A stretch of DNA of 64,000 nucleotides from Acidimicrobiales bacterium (GTDB lineage Bacteria; Actinomycetota; Acidimicrobiia; Acidimicrobiales; Palsa-688): the NCBI GenBank assembly GCA_036264135.1, contig DATARN010000008.1, positions 9,095 to 73,094 of the forward strand. Direction: 5' to 3'. Below are positions 51,702 through 61,138 of this stretch, in pieces. The position numbers and the translations under genes are program-made. Position 1 is the stretch's first letter. The number at the start of each line of letters is the position of its first letter. Below the pieces are notes generated by a model, which was given only the letters and a program-made list of their open reading frames with translations, ran no database searches and had not been told where the DNA came from.

Positions 51702-53513
51702 ATGATCCGATTTCGCCGGCGAGGGCTAGCGCTTTTAGGTACGGCGGTCCTAACCGCGGCGACGGTAGGGGCGGTTCCGGCCGCCACCGCCACTGCCGCG
51801 TCGGCCGCGCCCCGCGCTCTCGCCGCCCAGGGGACGCCATTCGGCAGCGCCGGATTCGCCGAGTTCGGCACCGGTTCTGAGTTGTCTCTCAGCGCCTTGA
51901 ACACCGGGTCCACCCAACTGGCCCGCGTCGACCAGGCGTTCTCCGCCACCGTGGGCGCGGGCGGTGGCCTTGGCCCCGCCCTCATCGACCCGCAGACCGG
52001 GGCTGTGGTCCAGCCCGCGGTGAGCGGCGCCAACGCTACCGCCAGGGGCTCGGGCGCCGAGGTCGGCCTCGGCCTGACGCCGGCCCAGGCCAACCAGATC
52101 CAGCTGGGCATCGCCCAGGCCAAGGCCCCGCCGCCGCAGACCGTGGGCACCATTGCCGGCCCCGAGGTCAGCGCCATCCCGCTGCAGATCCCCGGGGTCA
52201 TCCAGACCGGTGTCCTTCACGGCTTCGCGTCGGCCAACTACTCCCCCACCTTCTGCCCGGTGGGTGAGCCGATCGGCTACGGCCTCGGCAGCGCGGCGGC
52301 CCCAACCACCGTGCTCAGCACGGTTGTGGCCAGCCCGGGCGCGGCGGCGTCGTCCACCCGCTCCGACTTGTTCGCCAACACCGACGGCACCTTCGGCCTG
52401 CAGACCCGGGTGAGCGAGACCATCGCCCCGCTCGTGGTCACCCTGGCTGGGGCGGGCACGGCCACGCCGACCACCCTGGCGGTCACCGTCCAGGGCACCA
52501 GTGCCTCCACTCCGGTGACGCTCACCGCCATCACCGACGGTGAGGGCCACTCGACCATGGTGCTCGGCAATGCCGATCCCACCGTGAGCGTCGTGCTGAC
52601 CCTCGCCGGCGTGCCCCTTCCGGCCATCACGGCGTCGCTCGGTTCGCTGGCGCCGCTGCTCAACGGCCTCGTCGGGCCCACCTCGGCGCTGCACACCCTG
52701 CTCAACGGGCTGGGCTTGAACCTGTCGGTCACCCTCGGTGACGGCCATACCGTGGCCAGCCCGCTGCGTGACGCCAACGGAGCGGTGGTGTTCGCCAACG
52801 CCACCAACGCCATCTCGGGTTCCTACGACCTGCTGGCCCTGCACTTGTCGCTCGGCAGCACGGTCGTCACCGACCTGCGGCTCGGCCACATGGAGGCGTA
52901 CGCCGCCCTGCCCAACGGATCCATCGCCTGCACCGTGCCCGTGGCCAAGGTGGCCAGCGTTCCCAACGTGACCGCCGGCAACACGTTCACCTGGTCGATC
53001 TCGGTCCCTTCCAGCGCCACCGCCCTGGCCGACTCGGCCTGCGACCTGACCAACATCGTCGTCACCGACAAGATCAAGGTGAACTCGGGAAGCCCGTCGT
53101 TCACCGTCGGGGCAATCAGCAACGGTGGGACGTACAACACCTCGACAGGCACCGTCACCTGGCCCAACCTGGGCACCTACCACCCCGGTGATCCGCCCAT
53201 TGTGCTGACCGTATCGGTCAGTATCCCGTCCAACTCACCGGCCGGGGTGCTGCAGGACACGGCCAACGTGACCGCCGGCCTGGGCAACTGCACCGGTGGC
53301 GTCACCGGCATCACCACGCTCATCGGCAACGTCAGCAACGTCGTCCTCGGGGGTTCGATCACCCTCATCGCCCCGACCGTCTCGGCCGCTGGCGTGGGAG
53401 CGGGCCTGGCCACGACCGGTACCGGACCGTTGCTGCCGTGGATCGCCGCCGGGCTCCTGGCGATGGCCTACGCCACCCGCCGCGTGGTGCGGAGAACCCG
53501 CCGAGTCCAGTAG
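51702..53513 (+). CDS. secreted, sortase-anchored surface protein (LAxTG type)
   Basis: The signal peptide reads MIRFRRRGLALLGTAVLTAATVGAVPAATATAASA. The protein is Thr/Gly/Ala/Val-rich and beta-looking. The C-terminus LATTG plus a hydrophobic helix plus RRVVRRTRRVQ forms a sorting signal. Confidence 0.75.
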   Translation: MIRFRRRGLALLGTAVLTAATVGAVPAATATAASAAPRALAAQGTPFGSAGFAEFGTGSELSLSALNTGSTQLARVDQAFSATVGAGGGLGPALIDPQTGAVVQPAVSGANATARGSGAEVGLGLTPAQANQIQLGIAQAKAPPPQTVGTIAGPEVSAIPLQIPGVIQTGVLHGFASANYSPTFCPVGEPIGYGLGSAAAPTTVLSTVVASPGAAASSTRSDLFANTDGTFGLQTRVSETIAPLVVTLAGAGTATPTTLAVTVQGTSASTPVTLTAITDGEGHSTMVLGNADPTVSVVLTLAGVPLPAITASLGSLAPLLNGLVGPTSALHTLLNGLGLNLSVTLGDGHTVASPLRDANGAVVFANATNAISGSYDLLALHLSLGSTVVTDLRLGHMEAYAALPNGSIACTVPVAKVASVPNVTAGNTFTWSISVPSSATALADSACDLTNIVVTDKIKVNSGSPSFTVGAISNGGTYNTSTGTVTWPNLGTYHPGDPPIVLTVSVSIPSNSPAGVLQDTANVTAGLGNCTGGVTGITTLIGNVSNVVLGGSITLIAPTVSAAGVGAGLATTGTGPLLPWIAAGLLAMAYATRRVVRRTRRVQ

Positions 53514-53537
53514 TCCGGTAGCAGTTGATGCACGACA

Positions 53538-53568
53538 GAAGGCCCCCGCTCCGGCGGGGGCCTTCTTC
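53538..53568 (+). terminator. stem-loop downstream of the surface-protein gene
   Basis: Perfect 12-bp stem GAAGGCCCCCGC (53538-53549) with loop TCCG and GCGGGGGCCTTC (53554-53565). The trailing T-tract is weak (TTC). Confidence 0.55.
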
Positions 53569-53570
53569 GC

Positions 53571-55388
53571 GTGCCCTGTAGCCTCGCAGCCACTGTGAGC
53601 TACTACGACGTCCACGCCGGCGAGGTCAGCGAATCCCACGTCGGCCATCGACTCCGCCTGGCCGGCTGGGTGGCGGCCAAGCGCGACCACGGCGGGTTGC
53701 TCTTCGTCGACCTGCGCGACGCCACCGGCGTGATGCAGCTGGTGTCCCATCCCGATCGCCCCAGCTTTGACGTCTTGACCCGACTGCGGGTGGAGAGCGT
53801 GATCTCCGTCGCCGGCGAGGTCGTGGCCCGGGAGGAGAAGGACTACAACCCCAAGCTGGCCACGGGAACGGTGGAACTGGCCGTGGACGCCGTCGAGGTG
53901 TTGTCCACCGCCGACGTCCTGCCCTTCCCCGTCGACCCGAGCGCTGATGTCTCCGAGGAAGCGCGGCTGCGCTACCGCTACCTCGACCTGCGCCGCGGGC
54001 CAGTGATGCAGCGCTTGAAGGCCCGCGCCCGCTTCGCCCAGCTGGTCCGCACCCACTTGGCGGCTCGCGGCTTCCTGGAGGTCACCACCCCAATCCTGAC
54101 GGCCAGCAGCCCTGAGGGAGCTCGGGACTTCCTGGTCCCAAGCCGCCTCTACCCCGGGGAGTTCTACGCCCTCCCCCAGGCCCCCCAGCAGTTCAAGCAG
54201 CTGTTGATGGTGGGGGGCGTGGAGCGCTACTTCCAGATCGCGCCCTGCTTCCGCGACGAGGCGTCGCGAGCCGACCGCAGCCCCGGCGAGTTCTACCAGA
54301 TCGACCTGGAGATGGCCTTCGCCACCCAGGAGGACGTCTTTGACGAGGTGGAGCAGCTCATGACCCACGTGGTGGCCGAGCTGCCCGCCGGCGACGTGGC
54401 CCCGGTGAAGCGGGCCAAGGCTCCCTTCCCCCGTCTCAGCTACGCCCATTCCCTGGCCCGCTTCGGCACGGACAAGCCTGATCTCCGCTTCGACCTCCCC
54501 ATCGCCGATGTCACCGCCGCCCTCGGGGGGGCCACCGATCTGCCCATGTTCCAGCAGGCCCCGGAAATGGGCCACGCCATTCGCGCCTGGCGGGTCCCGG
54601 GCGGCGCGCCGCGGCCGCGGCGGTGGTTCGACGCCTTCGCCGACGCGGCCAACAAGGCGGCCGTCATCGGCAGCTGGCTCCAGGTTCCCGACGACGGCGA
54701 GGTCAAAGGCCCCCTCGCCCGCAAGCTCACCGCGGACGAGATCGCCGTCCTGACCGACGCGGTCGGCGCTGAGGCGGGCGATGCCGTCTTGACCGCGGTG
54801 GGACCGGCCACGGCCGCCAGTCGGGTCCTCGGGTCACAGCGGGCGGCAGTGGGCGCCGACCTTGGCCTGGCCGACCCCGACGACCTGGCGTTCTGCTGGA
54901 TCACCGACTTCCCGATGTACGAGTGGAACGACGAGACCGGCGGGTGGGACTTCTCCCACAACCCCTTCTCCATGCCCCAAGGCGGCCTGGAGGCGCTGCA
55001 GTCTAAGGACCCCGGGGAGATCCTCGCCTACCAGTACGACCTGGTCTGCAACGGCCTGGAGCTGTCCTCAGGGGCGGTTCGCAACCACCGCCCCGACATC
55101 ATGCAAGCCGCCTTCGCCATAGCCGGCTACGGCCCCGAGCGGGTCGAGCAGTCGTTCCCCGCCCTCTGGCAGGCGTTTCACTACGGCGCACCACCCCACG
55201 CGGGAATCGCCCCGGGCTTCGACCGCACCCTCATGCTCCTCCTCGACCAGGCCAATCTCCGCGAAGTCATCGCCTTCCCCCTGAATCAGGCCGCCCGGGA
55301 CCTCCTCATGGGGGCCCCCAGCCCGGTCAGCGCCCAGCAGTTGCAGGAACTCCACCTCCAAGTCGTCCTCCCGAAGCCCCCGGGCTGA
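53571..55388 (+). CDS. aspS: aspartate--tRNA ligase
   Basis: Sequences RLAGWVAAKRDHGGLLFVDLRD, FYALPQAPQQFKQLLM, FQIAPCFRDE and GLELSSGAVRNH are present. The start is either GTG 53571 or GTG 53595. Confidence 0.92.
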   Translation: MPCSLAATVSYYDVHAGEVSESHVGHRLRLAGWVAAKRDHGGLLFVDLRDATGVMQLVSHPDRPSFDVLTRLRVESVISVAGEVVAREEKDYNPKLATGTVELAVDAVEVLSTADVLPFPVDPSADVSEEARLRYRYLDLRRGPVMQRLKARARFAQLVRTHLAARGFLEVTTPILTASSPEGARDFLVPSRLYPGEFYALPQAPQQFKQLLMVGGVERYFQIAPCFRDEASRADRSPGEFYQIDLEMAFATQEDVFDEVEQLMTHVVAELPAGDVAPVKRAKAPFPRLSYAHSLARFGTDKPDLRFDLPIADVTAALGGATDLPMFQQAPEMGHAIRAWRVPGGAPRPRRWFDAFADAANKAAVIGSWLQVPDDGEVKGPLARKLTADEIAVLTDAVGAEAGDAVLTAVGPATAASRVLGSQRAAVGADLGLADPDDLAFCWITDFPMYEWNDETGGWDFSHNPFSMPQGGLEALQSKDPGEILAYQYDLVCNGLELSSGAVRNHRPDIMQAAFAIAGYGPERVEQSFPALWQAFHYGAPPHAGIAPGFDRTLMLLLDQANLREVIAFPLNQAARDLLMGAPSPVSAQQLQELHLQVVLPKPPG

Positions 55389-55420
55389 CACCGGCGCCGG
55401 TCGGCGGCATAGGAGAGGAT

Positions 55421-56263
55421 GTGACAAGCACCCTCACCGACACCTTGACCCGGCTGGCCCAGAGCATGGAATCGCTGCAGCCAGCCGGCGCCCAACCGGC
55501 GTGGGCCGAGATCATCGGCCCGCTGGAGAGTCCCGACCACGTCCGGTGGCATCCCGACCTGGAAACCATGGTCGGCTTCACCGCCCCGCCGCCCTGCCAG
55601 GCGCTGGCCTCGGTGGGCTACGGCTGGGCCCACCCGATGGACGACGACTGCCCGCTCCTCCAGCCGGGCGAGCGGCGACGGACCCGGGTGGTCTGCCTGC
55701 TGAGCCGCGCCGGCGACATGGCCGGGTATCTGCGGGACAGCACGTCGGTCCTCATCCGCGAACCTCCGACCGTCGGCCGGGTCCCGGACCTCATGCGACG
55801 GTGCTTCGGATTGCCGACCCCGCCGCCGGACCAGTCCAGCCACGCCGTGCTGGGCGCCATCTGGCTGAATCACATCGGCGCGCGCGGCGATACCGCCGAT
55901 CGGGCGCTCACGTGGCGGGAAGTGGCCGAGCTGCACCCCGTCATCGCCGTGGCCTCGGCAGGCGGCGTCGAGGTGCCAGCCGCCCAGTTCGCCCGCATCA
56001 TCGAACTAGGCGCCGAGGTGTGGAACTGGAGCCACCTGCTTTCCCAGGCCTCCACACCGGGCTGCTGGGTCGCCGACCTGTTGCCCGACGGCGCGCCGGG
56101 CTGGATGGACGAGGGCATCTTCTCGCGATGGCTGGTCGACGTTCTGGGCCACCCCGCCCGCCTGTTGCCCCGTGTCGTTCCCTACCTGGAGGCGGCGGCG
56201 GCCAAGCGGCTCCGCTCGACCCTGACCCGGCAGGGCGTGCTGAGGCTACCTTTGAAGAGATGA
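55421..56263 (+). CDS. hypothetical protein (280 aa)
   Basis: The GTG-start ORF has coding-like composition, and its stop overlaps the next start (ATGA). No motif recognised. Confidence 0.45.
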   Translation: MTSTLTDTLTRLAQSMESLQPAGAQPAWAEIIGPLESPDHVRWHPDLETMVGFTAPPPCQALASVGYGWAHPMDDDCPLLQPGERRRTRVVCLLSRAGDMAGYLRDSTSVLIREPPTVGRVPDLMRRCFGLPTPPPDQSSHAVLGAIWLNHIGARGDTADRALTWREVAELHPVIAVASAGGVEVPAAQFARIIELGAEVWNWSHLLSQASTPGCWVADLLPDGAPGWMDEGIFSRWLVDVLGHPARLLPRVVPYLEAAAAKRLRSTLTRQGVLRLPLKR

Positions 56264-56808
56264 ACGAGACTCCTCACTGGCGGGGTATCAACCATCTCGC
56301 CCTCATCACCGCCGACATGGACGCGACCGTTCGCTTCTACCACGGAGTCCTCGGCGCCCGCCTGGTCGCCACCCTCGCCACCCCGGCCTTCCGCCACTAC
56401 TTCTTCGAAATCGGCCCCCAGAACACCCTGGCCTTCTTCGAGTACCACGGAGTGGAGCTGGAAACCTTCGCCAAGCCGGCCGGCGTGCCCGACCCCCGGG
56501 CGACCCAGTTCGATCACCTGTCCCTGAACCTGCCGGACGAGGACGCCCTGCTCGACCTGCGCCGGCGGCTGAAGGAGGCGGGGTGCGAGGTGACCGACGT
56601 GGTCGACCACCACATTTTCCGCTCGGTGTACTTCACCGATCCGAACGGCATCGCCCTGGAAGCGACATGGTGGGTCACCGACGCCACCGGGCGGGCCGCC
56701 GACTACGCCGACGAGCACCTCTTCGCCGACCCCGACCCCGTGCCCGCGGTCGTCGAGCTTCGCCGGGACGGGGCAGTGGCCACCGTGCCCCACACCCGGC
56801 TGGCCTAA
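56260..56808 (+). CDS. VOC (glyoxalase/bleomycin-resistance/dioxygenase) family protein
   Basis: The sequence reads INHLALITADMDATVRFYHGVLG...FDHLSLNLPDEDAL...SVYFTDPNGIALE. Confidence 0.75.
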   Translation: MNETPHWRGINHLALITADMDATVRFYHGVLGARLVATLATPAFRHYFFEIGPQNTLAFFEYHGVELETFAKPAGVPDPRATQFDHLSLNLPDEDALLDLRRRLKEAGCEVTDVVDHHIFRSVYFTDPNGIALEATWWVTDATGRAADYADEHLFADPDPVPAVVELRRDGAVATVPHTRLA

Positions 56809-57977
56809 CCCGCTAACTCCCGCTCCAGGGGGGTCCGAAAGCGGGGTGTGACCCGTATGTCGCCGATAATCCGCCGCAGCCGGTCGGCCGCGGCGTCGAT
56901 GGCAACCCGGCCGTCACGGCCGACGTCGCCGAGCAGGCGCACGGCAATCGACCCGTCCTTGCGTTGCGCCCAGGCCCCGACGACGCGGCCGTCGCACCAC
57001 ACCGTCGGGCCGACGTTGCCTGACCGGTCGAAATGCTGGGCCTGCTGCAACCCAAGGAACCAGGTCCGGTCGGCCCAGCCCATAACCGTCGAGTCCAGCG
57101 CGGGGAGCAGGGCGACCCAGCCTTCGCGGGCTGGTGACACGGGCTCCTCGTCGCCGGGAAGCACCAGACCGGTCGCACCGTTCTCCAACTCGACCTCGAC
57201 GGGACCCACGCCCGCCAGGGCCTTCCGGGTGTCGCCCAGCGTCCAGCCCGTCCACCATTTCAGGTCGGCGACCGTCGCCGGCCCGTAACCGGCCAGCCAG
57301 CGGCGGGCCAGCTCGACCCGGGCGAGGGCGAGGGGCGGCTCGGCGGCGCCGTGGCGCCAGTGCGGCCCGGCAACCCAGCGATGCTGGCTGCTGATCCACG
57401 ATCCGCGCGGCCGGCCGCGCACCATCCGGCCCTCGGCGGCCATCACCGAAAGGATGCGGGTGGTCAGGGCCACCGGGCCGCCCCACGACTTGGTGCCGTC
57501 GCCGTAGGTGATGGTGGTGCGCAGCGCCGGCACGTCGCGGCTCAGCTCCTGGCCCAAGGCCTCGCCCCGCCGGTCCAGCGCGGCCAGCGTGTCGTCTTCG
57601 ACGCGTGCCAACCAGGCGGCGCCATCGGTCGCCACCCCGCCAGCCTCGATCGCCTGTATGAGCTTTCGCCGCTCCTGGGCGGCGATGGCACGGGTGCAGG
57701 CGGCGTGCACAACCGGGGCCAGCTCGGCGGGGACGACAAAGACGGTGCGGCGCATCCCCAGCATGCGCACCAGGCTGCGCTCCCGGTACAACGCCTCCTC
57801 GATGGCCGCCACGGATCCGGCCGTGATTCGAGCCAGCAAGCCGAGGGTCGCCGACGCCGGATCGGTGGCGTGGACGGCGACCAGGGAGCGAGTGGCGGCC
57901 ACGGGATCCGGGGCCGACGCATCGGGAGCAAGATGATGACGGCGGGCCAGGCGGAGCCGCCGCTCCCGGTCGTCCAT
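56805..57977 (-). CDS. winged-helix DNA-binding protein, AlkZ/YcaQ (DUF1006)-like
   Basis: The start is set at the ATG at 57977 (MDDRERRLRLARRHHL...). Length and the N-terminal RRL..R..L pattern resemble the crosslink-repair glycosylase family. The assignment is from memory. Confidence 0.5.
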   Translation of the reverse strand: MDDRERRLRLARRHHLAPDASAPDPVAATRSLVAVHATDPASATLGLLARITAGSVAAIEEALYRERSLVRMLGMRRTVFVVPAELAPVVHAACTRAIAAQERRKLIQAIEAGGVATDGAAWLARVEDDTLAALDRRGEALGQELSRDVPALRTTITYGDGTKSWGGPVALTTRILSVMAAEGRMVRGRPRGSWISSQHRWVAGPHWRHGAAEPPLALARVELARRWLAGYGPATVADLKWWTGWTLGDTRKALAGVGPVEVELENGATGLVLPGDEEPVSPAREGWVALLPALDSTVMGWADRTWFLGLQQAQHFDRSGNVGPTVWCDGRVVGAWAQRKDGSIAVRLLGDVGRDGRVAIDAAADRLRRIIGDIRVTPRFRTPLERELAG

Positions 57978-58002
57978 TCGAAGCACGGCGAGGGGGCGCC
58001 CG

Positions 58003-60282
58003 CTACCGCCGGCCGAGCTCGTCCTGGGCGCGGCGCAGCCGATCCTCCGCTTCCTGCAAACGATGGTCCGTGGCCTCAAGCTCGCGCTGCAGGGCCTTGA
58101 ACCGGGTGATATCGGTGGCGGTATACACGATCCCTCGCACCAGCGGGTCGTCCAGCATGTTGTTGGCGACCACCCGCAGCCACACCCACGATCCGTCGGC
58201 GTGACGGACGCGGCATTCATACGGCTCGCCGGGGCCGGGGTGGGTCAGGGCGTCGTGGAAGGCGGCGTTGGTGACGGGAACGTCGTCGGGGTGCACGTAG
58301 TGGCTCCCGGCCTGACCCCGTTCCGCTCCCGGGCGGTATCCGAGACTGGAGATGGGCAGGAACTCGTCGAGGATGGTGCGGTCGGTGCCGACCACGATGA
58401 TCATCACGTCCGCCGTCTCCGCCAAGGCCCGGAATCGCCGGCCCTCGTTGTGGCGTTCGAGTTCGGCCCGGTGCCGCTCGGTGACGTCGATGCCGCCGCG
58501 GACGTAGCCGGCGAAGACCCCCGACTCGTAGACGGGGCTGGCGCGGTCGAGTATCCACCCGTAGGTGCCGTCGAAGCGCCGGAGGCGGTATTCCATCTCG
58601 TACGGCTCCCGCCGTTCCAGCGCCACGAGGTAGGTGCTGAGGCACCGGCTCTGGTCGTCGGGATGGATCATGTCGAGCCAACCGTCGCCATAGGCGTCCT
58701 CGGCCGGTCGTCCCGTGTACTCCTGCCACCGCCGGTTCACGAACGTGCACGCCGCGGTGCGGCCGCCCGCCCATACGAACGACGGCAGGGAGTCGGCCAG
58801 CATGCGATAGCGCTCCTCCGAGCGGGCCAGGGCGGCTGCCGCCGCCGACCGTTCGAAGACCCGTCCCAACTGGGCGCCGACGGCGGCCATCACGGTGAGG
58901 AAGGATTCATCGGGCGCGATGGGTCGGGTGTCGTAGAACTCCAGGACGCCCACCACCGTGGAGCCGGCCAACACCGGGAAGGCCACCGCCGAGGCGAGTC
59001 CAGCCTCGGTGGCGGCTTCCTGATCGGCCCAGTTTCCCTCGGCCGCCAGTTCCGCCGTCCACGCCGGATGGCCACTTCGCCACACGCCGCCGGCCAATCC
59101 CTCGCCGATCCCCAGGGGCCGACCCTCTCGCTGCTTGCGGAAGCGCCCCATGGGCTCGGGGCCGCTGACGTGCCAGACGCCACTGGGTTCCAGACGGGTG
59201 CCGCCGGCGGCCACGACCCAGAGGTGGCCGCCCCGCCAACCGGTGTGGGCCGTCACCCGTTGCAGCACGATGGCCGAGGCTTCCTCGAGCGAAGGGGACT
59301 CGTTGGCCGCCAGGGCGGCGCCCTCCAGCAACATTACATAGGCCAGCCGCTCGGGAACCGATTCAGTGACGCGGTCCTGGCCGGAGCGGGCGGTGTTCTC
59401 GCCGGCGTCGTACCACCGCCCCTGGTCGCCCCCGGCCTCCTTGGCCGCGCCGACCGCGGCCGCGGCATGGGCGAGCCGCTCGTCGAGGTCGTACGACATG
59501 TCGACCGGCGCCATCCCGACACTGGCGGTGATGACCAGCGCTCGCCCCTTCACCAGAACGGGGACGCGGATGGCGTCAAGAAGACGCCGGGTAAACAGGT
59601 CGGCACCCCCGCCGCCATCGTCGACGAGCACCACGAATCGGTCGCCGGCAAGCCGGGCGACGGGCCAGGCCTCGGTGACCTTGGCCAGCCGTCCCGCCAA
59701 CTCGGCCAGCACGCGGTCGCCGTAGATGAAGCCGAGGTCGCGATTGACGGCGCCAAAGTTGTCGATATCGAGCACCAGCAGTGCCAACCGGCGGCCGGTT
59801 TGCGCGGCGCTGGCCGCCAGGCCCTGGGCCCGATCCCGGAAAAGGGCGAGTGTCGGAAATCCGGTCAACGAGTCGTAGAAGGCGCTGCGGAGCAGGTCGT
59901 CGCCCTCACCCCGAGGAAATGGCGGCGACGGGGATGACGCCGCCTGGCTGGTGGCGTCGCGGTCGCGGTTGAACTCCTCGGGCGTCACGACCTCGCTGCG
60001 GTGCAGCGGCCAGGGCGACAGGCCGAGCCGGCGCAGGGCTTCGCTCCAGCGGGCGGTGGCGGAAAACAACGCCTCCGCGGGCGATGCCGAGGCCACCCGT
60101 AACTGAATGGCGTAGCGGTTTGGGTTCTGAAGGGCGAGAATCTGCTCGCACGCCATCGCGGCAACCAGCTGACGGAGGGTGTCGGAGTCAATCGGGGTGC
60201 CAAGCGGGTCGCCCGCCGCCTCAAGCAGGACGATCCAGGTTTCGTCTTCCAACACACCCCCACCGGTCAGCGACGTTGCCAA
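58003..60282 (-). CDS. multidomain sensor: unknown N-domain, degenerate GGDEF domain, GAF, two PAS domains, C-terminal coiled coil
   Basis: The GGDEF-domain body reads DSLTGFPTLALF...LALLVLDIDNFGAVNRDLGFIYGDRVL...ARLAGDRFVVLV, with AGDRF in place of GGDEF. It is followed by a GAF-like region, then PAS regions (FVNRRWQEYTGRPAEDAYG; PDDVPVTNAAF). Confidence 0.7.
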   Translation of the reverse strand: MATSLTGGGVLEDETWIVLLEAAGDPLGTPIDSDTLRQLVAAMACEQILALQNPNRYAIQLRVASASPAEALFSATARWSEALRRLGLSPWPLHRSEVVTPEEFNRDRDATSQAASSPSPPFPRGEGDDLLRSAFYDSLTGFPTLALFRDRAQGLAASAAQTGRRLALLVLDIDNFGAVNRDLGFIYGDRVLAELAGRLAKVTEAWPVARLAGDRFVVLVDDGGGGADLFTRRLLDAIRVPVLVKGRALVITASVGMAPVDMSYDLDERLAHAAAAVGAAKEAGGDQGRWYDAGENTARSGQDRVTESVPERLAYVMLLEGAALAANESPSLEEASAIVLQRVTAHTGWRGGHLWVVAAGGTRLEPSGVWHVSGPEPMGRFRKQREGRPLGIGEGLAGGVWRSGHPAWTAELAAEGNWADQEAATEAGLASAVAFPVLAGSTVVGVLEFYDTRPIAPDESFLTVMAAVGAQLGRVFERSAAAAALARSEERYRMLADSLPSFVWAGGRTAACTFVNRRWQEYTGRPAEDAYGDGWLDMIHPDDQSRCLSTYLVALERREPYEMEYRLRRFDGTYGWILDRASPVYESGVFAGYVRGGIDVTERHRAELERHNEGRRFRALAETADVMIIVVGTDRTILDEFLPISSLGYRPGAERGQAGSHYVHPDDVPVTNAAFHDALTHPGPGEPYECRVRHADGSWVWLRVVANNMLDDPLVRGIVYTATDITRFKALQRELEATDHRLQEAEDRLRRAQDELGRR

Positions 60283-60329
60283 GAATTATATTGCCACCAG
60301 GGACCCGGTCGAAGCGGTTGCGAAATTGC

Positions 60330-61061
60330 TCAGCCAATGAGCGGGACTCCGGGCGTCGGCAGGCCCGCCACGGCGCCGATCGTCGCCGCGCTGTGGACGA
60401 ACATGGCTTCGGTGTCCAAGACGCCGCCCGCAAAATGGCCGAAGAGCTCGAGGCTGATGGCTCCCATGACTTGGATCCAGGCCATCACCGCCCGGGGGGC
60501 GACATCGCCCGAAACGCCAGGCAGCAGCTCGTCGCGAATCGGCTGGAGGCCAGCGGCTAGGCGCGCCGACACAGGTGGCCCCACGGATTGGGGCTCGAGT
60601 TGGCCCCGCTCCGCGGCGTCGCGGAAGACCCGCACGAGAGCCCGCGTGACGCGCATCGCCGGTTCGACGGTCTCGGCCGGTGCCCGGTAACCGGGAACCG
60701 GCGACCCGTACAGCAATGCCCACTCGTTGGGATGGGCCCGGCCCCACGCCCGGATTGCGGCCGTGACCGCCAGCCACCGGCCCATCAGGTCGTGGTCCGG
60801 GCGGCCGGCGTCGGCGTCCTCGGCGGCGGCGCCGACCGCCATGTAGGCGTCGGTAATCAGCGCCGTCAGCAGGTGGTCACGGCTGGCAAAGTAGCGGTAA
60901 AGCGCCGAGGGCACCATGTCCAGCGACCGGGCGACCGCCCGCAGGGACAGGGATGCTGCCCCCTTTTCGGCCAGCTGCCGTCGGGCCGCCGCCTTGATCT
61001 CGACGGTCAGTACGGCCCGGGCATGGGCCCGGACGGTGCGGGTGGTACGGGATGGACTCAT
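60330..61061 (-). CDS. TetR-family transcriptional regulator
   Basis: The HTH reads ILTVEIKAAARRQLAEKGAASLSLRAVARSLDMVPSALYRYFASRDHLL. The start is set at the ATG at 61061. Confidence 0.85.
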   Translation of the reverse strand: MSPSRTTRTVRAHARAVLTVEIKAAARRQLAEKGAASLSLRAVARSLDMVPSALYRYFASRDHLLTALITDAYMAVGAAAEDADAGRPDHDLMGRWLAVTAAIRAWGRAHPNEWALLYGSPVPGYRAPAETVEPAMRVTRALVRVFRDAAERGQLEPQSVGPPVSARLAAGLQPIRDELLPGVSGDVAPRAVMAWIQVMGAISLELFGHFAGGVLDTEAMFVHSAATIGAVAGLPTPGVPLIG

Positions 61062-61102
61062 GTGATCAAAGCATGCCAGCTCGCCGTCGTGAACACTAGT
61101 CC

Positions 61103-61131
61103 TTGACGAGAACACCGTTCTCGCTTATGGT
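61103..61131 (+). promoter_or_regulatory. candidate promoter with an embedded palindromic operator for the reductase gene
   Basis: TTGACG (61103-61108), a 17-nt spacer and TATGGT (61126-61131). The spacer contains the palindrome GAGAAC-ACC-GTTCTC (61108-61122). The -10 box ends 7 nt before the ATG at 61139, implying a leaderless or near-leaderless mRNA. Confidence 0.4.
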
Positions 61132-61138
61132 GAGAACC

